Shown piece by piece: positions 1 through 14,786 of a stretch of 64,000 bases of DNA. The position numbers and the translations under genes are program-made. Within the stretch, counting starts at the first letter, position 1. The number at the start of each line of letters is the position of its first letter. The stretch comes from Paraspadella gotoi (lineage: Eukaryota > Animalia > Chaetognatha). The notes below the pieces were generated by a model. The model searched no databases. It saw nothing but the letters and a program-made list of their open reading frames with translations, and was not told the DNA's origin. Location: NCBI GenBank assembly GCA_051294375.1, contig CM119263.1, forward strand, positions 12,252,436 to 12,316,435. The letters run 5' to 3'.

Positions 1-111
1 AAAGAAATTGTGTCATCTTTTTACGGAGCAGCAAAACGGTAAGGGGTTCCTCGTATCATGTCAATCCACCCTGTAGAGTATTAGAGTATTAGACCCAGAA
101 GACTAACTTAC

Positions 112-2352
112 CCTCACAGGTGACCTTAGCTTCGCTTCCGATTTTTTTCCTCTGCTCCATCGGATAGAGGGTGACATTTTTGGGCGGATATTTGACGGAG
201 AGTTTGACGTCGCAAGATTTAACGTCTGCGTTAAAAAAAAATAGTTTAGAGTAAAAAAAATACGCTGGGTCAAAATATCTAATATAAGAATAGGGGGAAT
301 TAACTGGTGAACCAATTCACGCAAACACGAATACACTTAATAAATAAAATTAATAAGAAAGCCTCTCGGGAAGCGCCCAGTCAGTTTCATCAGAGAAAAA
401 AAACGAAACACCCCTCGCATCTTAGTATGAAAACAGTATTAAAACAACAAAAAACAACAAAATATTTCGCAACCTTTTAATCGCGATGAAGCAACTGGGG
501 GAATAAAAAAATTATAAAAAAACCAAATGTGATTGTTAATTTTTAAAGTAAAATATTGGTATTTTGAAGCAACAACAGCAGTGTAGATTTACCTGTTATC
601 AAATAATGATCATGGGAAAACGAAAATAAGACGATAAATATGAAGTTAATAAGTTATTACGTTTAGCAAAATGGTGTCTAGTTTATTAATCAAACGTCTT
701 CAATGCAAAGTAGAATATTTGCCTCTGCTTCCTCCATACACACCTGGAATGTCGACAGCGCACGTAACAGAGGCTTCGTTGAGCTCTGAGGTCGCGACGA
801 GATTGAGGTTGCCGCCCGCAAAATTTTCGCCTTCTGATGGAACGCTGGAGGAGAAAGAGACTCGTAACTTGTAACTCGTAACTCGTCTCATTAACGGGAT
901 CGTTGCTCTTTTGTTTCTATTCTTATTCCCGTTCGTTTTGGTTTTTTTGATATATATATTTGAGTATATATTCTTAGTTCGTTGACTACACCCTCCTTTC
1001 TTTCATCAATTTGCCTTCTTTCCCTTCTCTTCCTATCTTTCCCATCATCCCAGTTCTTCCTTTCACCTGCCAACTTCCTGGTCCCCGTTCTTCCACCGCA
1101 CCACGATATTATCGTTCCCCCTCTTCATGAGCTTGCACAGTCCCTGAAGCGTCTCTCCTTCCGTCACGACGGGTATTACGGTGGGGCATTCCAGCTCGTG
1201 CCAGATGACGGTGACCTCTTCCTGCGTTTTTTCGCCCACCCCGGTGTCGCACTTGTAATGACCGCCGTTGTCGCCCGCAAGCTTGGGAATTTTGTACTCG
1301 TATTTCGCCGACGCTCCTGTACCTGTATCATTGATTAAGGGGACGAAGAGAGGGGCATTAACATTCGCAACATTCACGCAATTTTCTCAGACAAAGAAAA
1401 AAGTTCGTAAAAGTCTTTCACCCACTGAGAATCGAATCACCCAATTTTTTTTTCTTTCGCCATCTTTTTTTTTTCAGTTTTTCTCAAAAAATATTCACCA
1501 AAAGAAAAAAAAAACTTTTCGTAACTTTTCCAACACGTTCGAGCAAATCTGAACCAAAAAAAAAGGCAACTAAAAAAGAAGACAATCCCCTCTCGGATTC
1601 TCCATTAGCGTCGGGTGTTTGGTGTGTGTTTTTTTTATCTTTTCCTCCTCCGCTAACGATTTAATTAAAATAATTCACACGAATTTCCGAGACTAAGAAG
1701 AACTCGTCGGGCGGAGGGTCGAGCCAGAGGGTTCTCCTACTACCGCCCTCAACATTTTTACGAATATTCTCTAGGTTTTTTTTTTTTGCTATTGCTAGCA
1801 GTCACCCCCCCCCGCCGACGTTATCCCAACTGCACGCGTCAAGAGTCGCCAACATTTTTAAGGCGTTTTCTCTAGCTGCCAAACTTGCTCAATTGTTCCA
1901 ATAATAATAGCGATTTCTTTTAAAAAACGAGCTTATGTCCAAGGTGCCGTCATCGTTGCGATTGCCGCTTTCATTTATCGTCCATCATCCATTTCACCGT
2001 CTTCCAAGCTCGTCGCCCATCGACCCGCGAGCCCAACGCCCACTTGGGGGGCACCACCATTACCCACCCGCCCCGACTTTCCTCACCGTCCACTTCCAGC
2101 ACCGTCATGGTCGGCGGGGCTTTTCGGGTCTCGGCCGGAGTCCGCCGATGTAGATGGTGACACTCGTCTTCTCNNNNNNNNNNNNNNNNNNNNNNNNNAG
2201 CCTTTGAATTCTCTGGCTTCGCAGGTCATCGACCAAGGGTCGTCCACGAATTTCGTCGCCGCGCACGACGACCGCCACAACGACGACGACCACAACGTCA
2301 ACAACAAAAACGACGACGCGAGCGACGCGACGAAACCGGATGTGAAGCCCAT
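112..2352 (-). CDS. Secreted or cell-surface immunoglobulin-superfamily protein with tandem Ig domains; 3' end unresolved or outside the window
   Basis: Phase-consistent GT-AG exons: 2352-2087 (signal-peptide-like MGFTSGFVASLASSFLLLTLWSSSLWRSSCAA, then ...MTC; interrupted by the N gap 2174-2198), 1322-1067 (..KLAGDNGGHYKC..VTEGETLQGLC..VVRWKNG), 844-744 (..LNLVATSELNEASVTCAV) and 225-112 (..VKLSVKYPPKNVTL..GSEAKVTCE). These show Ig hallmarks: C...W, D-x-x-G-x-Y-x-C and a V-x-Y-P-P interdomain linker. Confidence 0.8.
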
Positions 2353-3520
2353 CGTCGCCGATTCGATACAATTTTAATTAGAGATTTAAATCGAAGTCTT
2401 TGAAATTGTTTTGCTCCTCAGTTGTTTTTTTTTAGTTTCTTTTTTTTTTTTCAGTTTTTTCTCGATCACGTGTATAGTTTATTTTTAGTTCGGCTCGTTG
2501 AACCCACGGATTAATTTTTTTTGTTTTTGTTTTTTATGTTGATGGGCACGGCTTATATGATTTTTGCAAGGATAAATTCCAAAACGAAATATGAGCAATG
2601 AAAAAAGACAGACGATTAAGATTTTGAAGCAGACGAGTTTCCAGACTTTTAGCTCCAAGTTAAGGACACTTTCTTTTTTTTTTTTTATTTTTTTTTTTGC
2701 GGACTTAGTAATAAAGTTTGTGGAACTAAAGCATGTTTTTGTCGTTATTGTTGCTGAAACAGAGTGGTTTGGTTTTCTTGACTTGCGATTTCGTAATTTA
2801 ATCCCGTCGAAAGCGAATTTCGTTGTTTCATCGGAGATCTGTGATTCGGAAGCGGGCGTTACTCGCGTGACTCCAAGTTTTTCACTAAAAAATAAATAAT
2901 AAATAATAAAATTTTAAAAATCAATTAAATAATAAATAAATAAATAAAAAATAAGAATTAAAATAGGGAGATAAGAAATGTTGCGCAAGAAAATAAATAC
3001 CGCGTCCTGGGCGAAATTTAAAAAAAAAAAAGAAAAAGAAAAAGAAAAAGAAAGGCGATGATGTCCCGTCGTCCCTCGTAGCAGTAAAAGTTGTAAAACG
3101 AAAAGGAAGGGAGATTCGAGATTCCGCGCTTTGTTTACTTCTTTCAATTAAAAAATGTCCCTTTTATCTAATTACATTTGTTTTGGTTGTTTTTTTTAGA
3201 TTTAAATAATCTTTATTGTTTTTTTCGTTTTAATTTTCGTTAAATCGCTCGTTTTATTAGTTATTTTTTACTTGTCTTTTTTATCAAATATATTTTTTTG
3301 TCTTTATTTATGATAAAAGATTTTATTTTTTCGAAAATATTTCTTAAAAAACTTTTCGTATTGTATTATGTTTGTATATTATATATATTATATATATATA
3401 TTATTGGAGTAAAAAATCAAAAAAAAATTTTATAAAATTTAAGTCGGTTAAAATACGCATCGAAAAATCGTCGGAACTCAACAGAAAAGAAATTCGAGGT
3501 TCGATAATAAAACGTGATTC

Positions 3521-3561
<41 letters not shown>

Positions 3562-3696
3562 TCTCTCTCTCTCTCCTCTCTCTCTCTTATCTATAAAAAG
3601 TCGTCCTAAATACCGATTTCCGATAAGAGAGGATTGTCCGTTGAATATTTCAAAAAACGTGAGAAAAAAACTGAAAGAAGTAAGAGAGAGAGAGAG

Positions 3697-3746
<50 letters not shown>

Positions 3747-4506
3747 ATAAAAATAAACAAACAAAAAGAAAAAAAAACGGAAATAGCCGTCGCATCTGGA
3801 AGCGACGGACCATTCATCAGTTTTTGGTCAGTTTTTTTTTTTAGTGATGCTTCGTTGCTCACATATTAAAAAAATGGAAGAGCTCTGATGTTTGTTCGTT
3901 CGTATATATACCAAACGCTTTAAAGAAAGCTTAAAAAAAACAACAATAATTCGATTTGCATATAAACGAGGTGGAGGATCGATCCGAACCAACTATGCTT
4001 TTTATCGACATTACGCCAACTGAATAATTTACTTTCCCGTTTAAGCAGCGAAAGACAGCCGCGGCGGCTTCAGCGGCGGACGTGCTGGCGACGACACAGC
4101 ACTCGGTGGCGTCGACGGCGGCGGCGGCGCCGTTGTGGTCATCTCCACCGACCAAATCCGACATCAAATGTCATTTTTTTTTTTGGAGAGGAAGTTAGGA
4201 AGGAGTCATCGATGAAATCGAGATTCAGCAATCAGTATATGCAATGAAATGTCTCCTTGTGATTAAGATGAAATCTGAAAGGACGCCGATTTTAAGTCTT
4301 TGAGTACGATTTGAAACACTGTCAACGAAGTTGACTAGAAATTGAATCTGTTCCATTAACTGTTCTCTTCATTATGTTACTGCGAGATAATAAAATCGAG
4401 AAAAACAATTAAAAAATCGCTAAAGAATCTCTTCTTGGCGACTTAGATTTGCAACTGCAAAAAAAAAAATAGACAAAACCACCTTAATCCAAAAGCACGG
4501 AATTTT

Positions 4507-4595
<89 letters not shown>

Positions 4596-7059
4596 TGGAA
4601 AGAATTGGTTTTCCAAAAAGTCAAATATTTGCTGACTGAAGGTAAAAAAAGAAGTCATAGTTAAAAGTTTAATCTAGACTCTTGTGGAGGGAAAAAGCAG
4701 ACAGAAGAGAGAAAAAAAAAAGCAGATAGAATAAAAGAGCAGAGCTCTCAAACTCTCACGACTGAGCCTCACCCTCAGATCCGTGACGTCAGCTGAAGGA
4801 ATGAGAAAATCGAAAAAGGAGATAAGAGAGCGAGCAACTCCGATTGAACCGCCTTCGTGAATGTGTGAATGGTGAGGTTTTTTTTGGGATTACCGTTATC
4901 AATTTTCAACCGTCCTAAATTCCGAAATAGATGTATCGATTGTTTGAATAAAGTTTTAGGAACATTTTTTTCTGAGTTTCATAGATATATAGTTTTTAGT
5001 CAAAATACTAATTCAGTCCATTACTTTTTTTTAAGAACTTGGAGACGAAAAGACGATTATAATATTTAGGTTTGTACACTTTACAGCGACTTACGATTTT
5101 TACGAATTCCCCTCGAGGGACCGAAACTCGGATTAGGAGACTTAATTGATTTTATTCTCCGTAGAAACTGTAAACCTATAAACGGGGGCAGTGCAATGTC
5201 GTCTGGAGGCTAAACCAATAAACAAAGGAAAACAAACGAGCAAATAAGGGAAAAGCTGCTACAAGCAAAAACTTGGAGACAAACAAAAAATTTAAATGGT
5301 GAGAATTGGGAAGGTTTTGTCTATTGCGATATCAATGAAATGTTAGTACATCTTAGATAACGGAGTATCAAGTAGATTGATTGGTATAATGGTTAGCTAC
5401 TTAGTATGATGATGAAAATCAAGGAGTGAGAAAGAAACGCGGTCGCAGTGGAAGGTGAGTTCTAAACCGATGGGTCACTGTTTTCTTTGGATCACGGGAC
5501 CTCAGAAGCAGACGACGACGTTAACGGCGAAGAGGAGGGCAACTACTCTAAAGGAAGAAAGAAAAGGAATCAAAGTGAGAAGGAGAAAACAAAGAATGGA
5601 AAAGAGAAAGAAAATCCCAATCCAGCTTGGTCACCTTCTAAAACAAAATGCAACCTCTATAAGTTTCATCGGCTTATTGATGTTTGTGAGAGTGATGTTT
5701 TCCCCCGTGGCACGATTGCCCTCAAGTCTCTCGGTCCCAGATTAAAAGTTCCAGTTAAATATGGGACAGACCCCAATCGCGGGGGAGAAGAAGGAGGAGT
5801 GCGTTCTGACCGCAAAGCGTCGATCTCCTGGAAAATCCACTCGAGAGTCGAAACGGGATCGAAGTATTTATCATCTCGAGTCCGGGAAATGACGGAATCC
5901 GTCATGACTTGACTCGATAAAATCTTCCGTCGCGAAATCGAACTTCGAGTGCGGATCGTGACGAAAGGCGCCAACGAATTAGATTTTTTTATAAAAAAAT
6001 CGTTCTTTCTTATTTCTTTGTTTAAAAGTCGCCACGGAAAAGATTCGTGTTGAGAACCGATAGTTTTAAATCATAATCGTCCCCCCTATGCTTCCCCCCT
6101 ATCCCACCTACTTAAAACGTGGTTTTTTTTTGGGGGGGGGGAAGAAAAATCGTTAAGTGTTCCTGCGAATAGTGATACGGACTTTTTTTTTCGATTTGAA
6201 AATTAAAGAAGACGACGACGAAAACGACGACCGAGAAGGTGGCGAAGCCTCCACTGGTGTTATAATAGGCTTACTAGAGTCGGCATGGAATTTCAAAATT
6301 TTTTGGAATCATTAGAGTGATTAAGAGAAAATACGTAAAAACGGGAGAGCTGTCATAGTATTTTCTCTTCTTTCCCTTTTTTTTTTTTGGTTTTTTTTTT
6401 TTGCCGATTAACTTTTTGTAATAATACATTACTTGGACCATTCATTAAAAAAACCATCATATCGTATATGTAATTTATTTATATTCAAAATTATTTTTTT
6501 AAAAACGTAAATCTTGTGCATTCATTTTCAATCCCTAAATACAGGTTGTCACACTCTCACTCTCACATATACTAAAAATCATGCACCTGAAAAAAAAACG
6601 TAAGCTGTGAATCGTCGTTGTCGTCATCGTCGTTCTCGCAGTTCTTTAGATCACAGGGTGATAGCAACGTGAACCGGTGTGGCGAGAATTGATGCTCATA
6701 AAATTGAAAACCTCCAGCGAAGAAAAAAGATCCCGAGCCAAAGTGTAAAAAGAGCTCAAAAATATCGCAGACGTTTGACGCCCGAAAGCTGAAGAATAAC
6801 ACAATATTTCAATATGTAGTAAAAACAATGCGATGTTCTATGGATTTTGCATTATTTTTTGTAGAGAAGTAGTTTTCATTTCATTTCCCTTTTTTTCCAA
6901 TCATTTTTTGGTCAATTATTTAGTTTCGTCGAAATGGATTTTCGGTCTTCGTTTTTGTTTTGATGGTTATGGTCATTTTCAGCGCGGATGACGATGAGCT
7001 TGTGTCCTTGTTGTTTTGGGTGTCAGCTTCCGTAGGGAAAGAGAGAGAGGGGAGAGAGA

Positions 7060-7116
<57 letters not shown>

Positions 7117-7348
7117 GAGAGAGAGAGAGAGAGGAGAGAATGTAAGTCGTCAAAAAGAAAGTAATAAAGTGAAGACGGTTGAATTAATTCTCCAAATGTA
7201 AGCGGTGGAGCGAATCGAAGCTCCGGTGGGCGTCTTGGTTCGAAATGAAAAAGAAAAAAAAAAGGAAACAAGTAAAAAAAGAAAAGACATACAAACAACG
7301 AGGAAATGTAAAGATAAAAAAAATCGAATGCCCGCGAGGTATTCACTC

Positions 7349-7352
<4 letters not shown>

Positions 7353-7436
<84 letters not shown>
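7353..7436. repeat. (CT)n microsatellite
   Basis: Pure dinucleotide run, one of dozens of (AG/CT)n tracts in the window. Confidence 0.95.
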
Positions 7437-7440
<4 letters not shown>

Positions 7441-8507
7441 TCCTTCGCGGGATCCTCTTAGACGCGATCACGGATCGAGGGAGGACTGGAGTCTTCACGG
7501 GGGCCGCAGCGTCGAGTCGCGGTGAAAATCGATTCTTATCTCCTTTTTTCCTCTTTTTTTTTACGTGAAATGAGATTAAGTGAAGAATCGAATTCGTGAG
7601 TCAGTGTCGTTGAGTGCAAAAAAAAAAAAGCTGCCTCTGGTCTTTCCGCGATTTTTCTTTTACTCTTTTAATGCGATTTGCATTTTTCGATTTTCGTTCT
7701 AAAGATTCGGGGGGTGGAGTTTGGAATTCTTCGATTCATCGATGTGCGGACGAGGTCGGATTAGGAAGCGCTGGAGCAAAGATTGGAGCCACGTCAGAGA
7801 TTTCTGAGGAGTGGAGATATCTTTGCGCGAGCTAAGGCTAAATCGCAATTATCACATAACAGACGCTTGGAAGTTTTATGAAGGAGAGGTTAAATAGAGG
7901 ACGTTGATTGACGAGGAATTACCCAAAGTTGGAAGCGGGAAACGAACGCGCGGTGTGTGTTTGCTCAGCGTGAAATAAAAATAACGCAATTTCTGGTAAA
8001 TATGGTTTTTTTTTCAAAACTTTTTTACGTAATAAGATTACAAAATATTATATTATATTATATTATATTTTGTTATTATGGTTAAAAATAAGCTTTAATT
8101 AATGTTTGTATTTATTATTTGAACATTTATATCTTGAGATATAAAGAGATATTTTACAATTAACTTTTTTTTTTCAAATTTGAAATTTTACGCAGTGGTT
8201 TTTATTCCAAGATTTCGTTGCCCTCAGTCCTCTGAGCAGGCATCGGTTGAAATAGAATAATCAAACTTTCTGAATACTTTAGTGAACCTGATAGCATTTC
8301 ATTTCAAAAAAAGTAAAAAAAGAAAAGAAAGAGAGAGAGAGAGAGAAAGAAAGAGAGAGAGAGAGAAGATAAACGGTGGCATTAAAATCTGGAACAATTC
8401 TTGTACTTCGAACTTTTCAAGAGTTTTCTTTAGTTGAGTTCTTAACTGGGGGTTGTGAAGGAGAGTGATGTGAAAAATTCACAAATTGCACAGCACAGCG
8501 AAGAGAA

Positions 8508-8547
<40 letters not shown>

Positions 8548-11228
8548 AGAGAGAGAGAGAGAGAAAAGTCCGTTAGAGACGAGGATAAAGAAATTTCAAT
8601 GGAAAAGCTTATCGGTTATCCGGACATACTTTTTTGAAGATAGAAACAAGAAAATGAAAAAGAAAGAAACGGCGCGCAGAAAAAGGGGGTTGGAGAAAAA
8701 AAAATGTTTCGCGGATTGATGAATGTGTTTTTTTGCGGATGAATGTTTTTTTTTTCGGGATTTTCGTCCGTCATCGCCGGTAAAAGAGGAAGAGGAGGGA
8801 CGGTGCCCGGTCTTGGCTGGAAGTAGAGCTACTTTTCGAATTGATCAGAGTTTTGGCTAAAGCGACGAGACTTTTCGTGAGAAGTGAAGAGAAGTGATTT
8901 TACCGGAGTGAGTCAATCAGAGTAAGTTTGAGCGATGCACGTTTGTAAAAAAATTGGAAAGTGCCAGGCAGAGTTTCGAATTTTCGTTCCTAAAATTGAA
9001 AATTTGATAAACGGCAACAGAGGCGGAAACTTTCCGTTGCTTGGCGACGACGAGCGACTGGAAATAAACGGAAAAGAGAGACACTTCGGTTTCAGCGTCG
9101 AAGTTGATAAGGATGACACGACGTGAACGACGACGATAACGACGACGACGACGACCCCGTGTCTACAAAACAGCCGCGTGCTGATGTTAACCTTTGAGGC
9201 GATTCGATCGAGAATTAGGGGAGGGGGCATTGAGGTGTGGGTGGATGCAGTCGCCAAGGGTGGGTTGATTGTTAAAAAGGGTGCATTTGTTCTTGTTGTT
9301 GTGAGTAAAAAGTAGAAGGAGAAGCGAGCGGTGAGATTAAGTCACGAGTTATTTTAGTTAATTATTTTATTTAATGATGATAATATACGAATGCCATGTA
9401 ACATCTAATATTTAACATTTTTTTTAAAAAATGACTTTAATTAACGATAGTTTTTTCAAAGGAAAAGGAATATATTTTCTTAGGACAAAGAAATTTTCCT
9501 CAAAAAAATCTTTTTTTTCTTGGGTTCGAACTGAGGTGAGAAAAAAATCATTTACATAGTAGTTGAAAGCAAACAAGACGCTTGGAGGGAAAAAAAGAAA
9601 AAAAGGAAAGAGCGACAGGAAAAAGAAAGAAAAAGAAAGAAATAGAAGTAACGAGGAAAAGAAAAAGAAAATAAATAAATAAGGTAAGGAATAAAGGAGA
9701 GAGAAAGAAAGCGACGTTGGTTGTGAACATTGAACAAAGTCACGGATCAGCGATCGCCAAAAAGTTCGTTACACTTGTTTCTTTGTTCTTCTCATCTCAA
9801 GATTTTACGTTCTTTTTCTCACAAAATGAGCATTTGTTTTCGCGCCATTTAAAAAAAAAAAGATTCAAAAATTTGAACCGATTCGATCTAAATTTTGGAA
9901 TGAGGTATGCCCAAAAATATTGGAGAAACTAAGTTTAAAACAAGCAAAATGATCATTAAATTTAATACTGCCTTTAAAGTTTTGAAACCAATTTACAAAA
10001 AAGTTTGTATATTGTAAGTCAATGTCAATAAAAGTTTAATAGCAAAGTTATTTTAACAAGGATGTATTTCTTTTTTCATTTGCATAATCATAACGGCGAT
10101 TCTTGGATGAAGGAAAGAGTTCTGCTCGCCATCCGTTAATCTCTCTTCGTCTCTCTCTCTCTTTTTCTCTTTCACTATCGCTTTTTCTCTTACTCTCTCG
10201 CTTTCTCAACAGCATCGCAGCGAGTAAAACTTACCCTTTGGTAGAAAAAAGTTCGCTTTCTTCTTTAAAAAGAACAAACGTTTTAAAATTTTAACACACA
10301 AAACGTATTGTAATTGTTACAAGAAAACTCTTCGAAAATTTAAATTTGGGGCGATTTAAAAAAAATTCTGGCATAGAAGTTCAAACAACGAAAAGCTCTG
10401 AAATAATGGGAGTGGAAAGAGGGAGAGAAAGAGAAAGAGAAAGACTGCGGGGGAGAGAGAGAGAGAGAGAGCGAGAAAGAACTTGAAAAAGCATTATTTT
10501 AACGTACTAAATGACTAGAAAGTCAAAAGATTGAGAGACACGAAAAAGGTAAAGTATATTTTATTCGGGATTTCGATTCGTGGGTGGAACTTCGCAAGGT
10601 GCGGTTCCAACTTCCAAAGAAGAAATTGTTCTGGAAGAATTATTTGCCAAGTCTTAGATCCGAACCATGTTTGATGAGATTTAGATAATATCTAAGATTT
10701 AGAAAGAGTTATATAAAACCTTCTATGACAATCGAAGTGGGGATCTTTAAATTTTTTTTAACACTTACATTTAAAACAATTTTTTTTTAACACTTACATT
10801 TCAAACAATTTTGTTTAAATCTTAGACATATATGAATATTGCATATATTAACGTTAAAATAAATTTCAGTATTATTTTTCGAAAAAGTATATTTCAAATT
10901 TGTTTAAAAAATAAATGTTATGCAATGTGATAAACATTTAACATTTAGCAGACTTTTTGATTTAAATATGTGAAACGTAAGAATTAGACTGAAATTTTCA
11001 AATTTTTAAAATCACGTGTTCAAGTTTTTTCGAGAAAGAAATCGATTTCCCCCCAAAAGAAGTGAAAGCGTCAACGAGAAAAATGTTCAGGTGAGTTTTG
11101 CATTCACCGCCTGTGTCAACACGACCGCTGTCGAGTGAAAAAGGTAAGTGAAAACTGAAAGGGGAAAGTGAATGGATCGTGAAAGGGGCTTACCCTCCAA
11201 TTCACCTCCTTTTTGTTTGCTTCGATTC

Positions 11229-11321
<93 letters not shown>

Positions 11322-12313
11322 GCTCTCTCTTCTCTCTCTCTCTCTCGAATCACCTCATTTTTCTCAACCCTCTCTCTGACCTCCTTTGAATTTCCATTCT
11401 GTTCTTACACTTTCTTGTAAACCCCTCCTTTTTTCTTTCATTCCGCAACTGATCCAGATTTGAAAACGAAGCTCGTTAACCCTTTGCGTGACTCAGGTCA
11501 TCTTATTGTTGGTTATTTGCAAAAAAAAAAAAAAAACAAAAAGAGAGAATGAAAAAATAAAGAAAATAAAAACGAAGGGAAAAGAAATTAAAAAGATAAA
11601 AAAGTCAATCATGTCCGATAGATTCGTAATAAAAACTTCTTGGAAAAAAAATATTATTTCGTTCATCGACACATCAATATGAAATAAAAAAAACCAAAAA
11701 TCCATAAATTGTTACTTATTTTGTTTTGTCAATTTAAAAAAAAAATTGATTAACATAGAATTTTAGTGATAACATTTCGGCGAAAATGATTAATTGAACA
11801 TAATGAAACAAAAAAGTTCATAATCAGGTTAAAAATAAGTTCTAGAAAAAAAGACAGTGAATTCAAGCAGATTCTTTAGGAATGAACGATTCCTATTCAC
11901 TAGATCAAACGTAAAAAAACATTGAGTGATATGCTAATTACATTGAATGAAATTTTAGAAAAAACGGAAGAAATATTTTCATGGCGCAGAAGTAAATGTC
12001 AGAAATGATAATCTTCATCAAAGAGACGATGTTGATGATAAAGGATATGATTATGCCGATCAATAGATATTCGATACAAAAATAAATTATTTTTTACAAA
12101 ATATAAGAACTGATGAAGGGAGAAAAAAATACAGATGATGAATCGCTAGGAAAAAAAGGCGGGATGAGAAAGATAAAAAGAAAAGAATGGCCGGAAAAAG
12201 AAAAGAATAGAGGAGAGAAAAAAAGATGAGAAAAAAGAAAGAAGAATCTGACGCCGGCTCTTTAGGTTTTAACTTCTGACATGCTTCGCCTTTACCTGCA
12301 CACACGCGATGGG

Positions 12314-12317
<4 letters not shown>

Positions 12318-12406
<89 letters not shown>
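12318..12406. repeat. (AG)n microsatellite
   Basis: Pure dinucleotide run. Confidence 0.95.
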
Positions 12407-12409
<3 letters not shown>

Positions 12410-12753
12410 AAGAGAGTTTCGAATGTTACCGTTGAAGATTTTTTTTTCCCTAAAAACTAGTATTTTAAAGCAAAAAGGGATGGACTGAGTAATAAAAGTT
12501 AAGCAATTAGATCAATAAAATAAAAGAAAACGAAGAAATTGTATGAGTCATTGGTGAACTTATTTTTCCTCTACTAATATTTTATTTTTGTATTATTTAA
12601 CTTATTCGCCGAAAAAGTTTAACCACAATGTTGAGACGGACTAAGACGTTATTATCAGTGAGCGATTGTCACGCAACCAGTAAAAATTCCTCCTCGCCGC
12701 AAAAGCTCTAAAGAAAATGCTGAAGAAAATTTAATCGGGAATGCATGCGGTCA

Positions 12754-12784
<31 letters not shown>

Positions 12785-13342
12785 CACTCTCTCTCTCTCT
12801 CTGCTTTACATCACTTGTGGTCAGTCAGAGAGTAAACAATGACGATTAAGTTTCGGCTTCAAAAATTTTCTTTTCCTTCAGACTTCCGATTCGAAAATAA
12901 GGCCTCTCATCGTCGGCATTTTTACTCCGTCAATGACGTCGTAATTATTGTAGTAGTACTTTTAATTATAATCAATGGATCAGTTTTACTTACAGACTCT
13001 CGAAGATCTCATCATTGGAGAGCGTCTTAGTTGTTATTGTCATTGCGCTGTCAGTCTTTGTTATCATTTTCGGATCGTTGTCGTCGTCGATGTCATTCTC
13101 GACATTTTCCCGATCATTTCGATCTTCTCGACCGTCTGACATCGTTATCGTCGTTGCTCCCGACGTCGTCGGCGTCGTACATGTGGTCAGGAATGTTTTG
13201 ACCCGAATCCGCAAATGCATTTAGCCGTTTTAGGTTGAGAAAAAATGCGTCCTGGAGAATGTTTTGGCAAATGTTCGAACTACGCCAAGGTTGCAGGGAG
13301 ACAACGGTGGAGAAAAATTTTGAGAGAGAGAGAGAGAGGAGA

Positions 13343-13386
<44 letters not shown>

Positions 13387-14083
13387 ACCTCAAAATTTAG
13401 GTCAAACTTGGCCTTGGGAACAAATTTATAAATTAGAGACGAGCAACGATTTAATAGTACATAAGAACGTGTCTTCAAAGTTTTGTTAAGTGTTTTTGGA
13501 GCGCGTATCGATTTATATCTTTCTCGTCGCATTTAAACGTTAGGAGTTCAATGTGTAAATCTCAAAAGTTCAAAGAAAATTACAAATTAAGGCTTAAAAA
13601 AAATTAATGTCATTGGAGAACCACTTCGCTTCCCGTCAAGGAACAAGAAAACAATGTAAATCAGTCTTGAGAATAAAATTAATACGCATAATTAAAAATA
13701 TAAAATACAGATTAATCCGACTGTGATACCGACAACGAAGTGAAATTTGGCTCCACACGATTTTAATCCCGGAATTTGGCCTCAAGTCTCAACGATCTTT
13801 GAGATCTTTGCCAACAAGTGATTAATTTATAGTAAACGAAGTCTAATCGCCGTCGGGTATGTCGCCGGCTTGCAGCTCTCTGCCGATGCTGCTTAGTAAG
13901 TCGTTAACGTCTCACCCGCAAAGATAGAAGCCGAAGGTAGTGAGTTAAATTTAACCATAGAAAAGTTATGAGAGGAATTTAAAATAAATTTTCGAAACCA
14001 AGATAATGACTGTATTAACAAAAGAAAAATAAGAAAAACAATTTGGAATTAAGCGAAACTCTCTCCATTTTTTACATTCTTTG

Positions 14084-14225
<142 letters not shown>

Positions 14226-14786
14226 GTATGTATATGTATAAAAAACTCTTCGACCAATGTAATACTTATTCAAAAATAGTTACCATTTGTCTTTTCATGA
14301 TAATGAAGTTAAGTAGTTCGGATTAAGAAAGAGGCATGAGAGTCTCGCAATCAAGGGGAGAGAGGAAAGAGGGGGCAAAAGAGAAACAGCCAGCCCGTTA
14401 AGCGGGGTCTAGGGGAAATGGAAGGAAGAGTGAAACTCAGTAGCTGCGCTTGACAAATGGAACCGACACGGGAGACCTCGTTCTCTGTTCTATGGCCCAT
14501 GGATCAAAAGGGTCCGCATGATTTTGGGAGACCGAAGCGAAATTGAAGCCGACGCCGTCGAGATTTGAAGAGAGGAAAGAGGGAGGGAAGTGGAGGACGA
14601 AGGAACGAGAGGAAAGCGGGAGGGAGGAAAAAAGGAAAGGGAGAAAAAGAAAAGAGAAAGAAAAGAAAAGGAGAAACTTAGGGATGCAGAAACAAAGTCG
14701 AACAGTTTAGGATAAAAAACCAGTAATACAGAAACAAAACTTTTGCTTTTTTGCAACAGCTTATGAAATTTTTAGAAGAGTATGTA

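Noticed and set aside
5487-5974. Overlapping ORFs on both strands (e.g. MTDSVISRTRDDKYFDPVSTLEWIFQEIDALR)
   Set aside because: Could be an exon, but I could not link it by splice phase or recognise a family.
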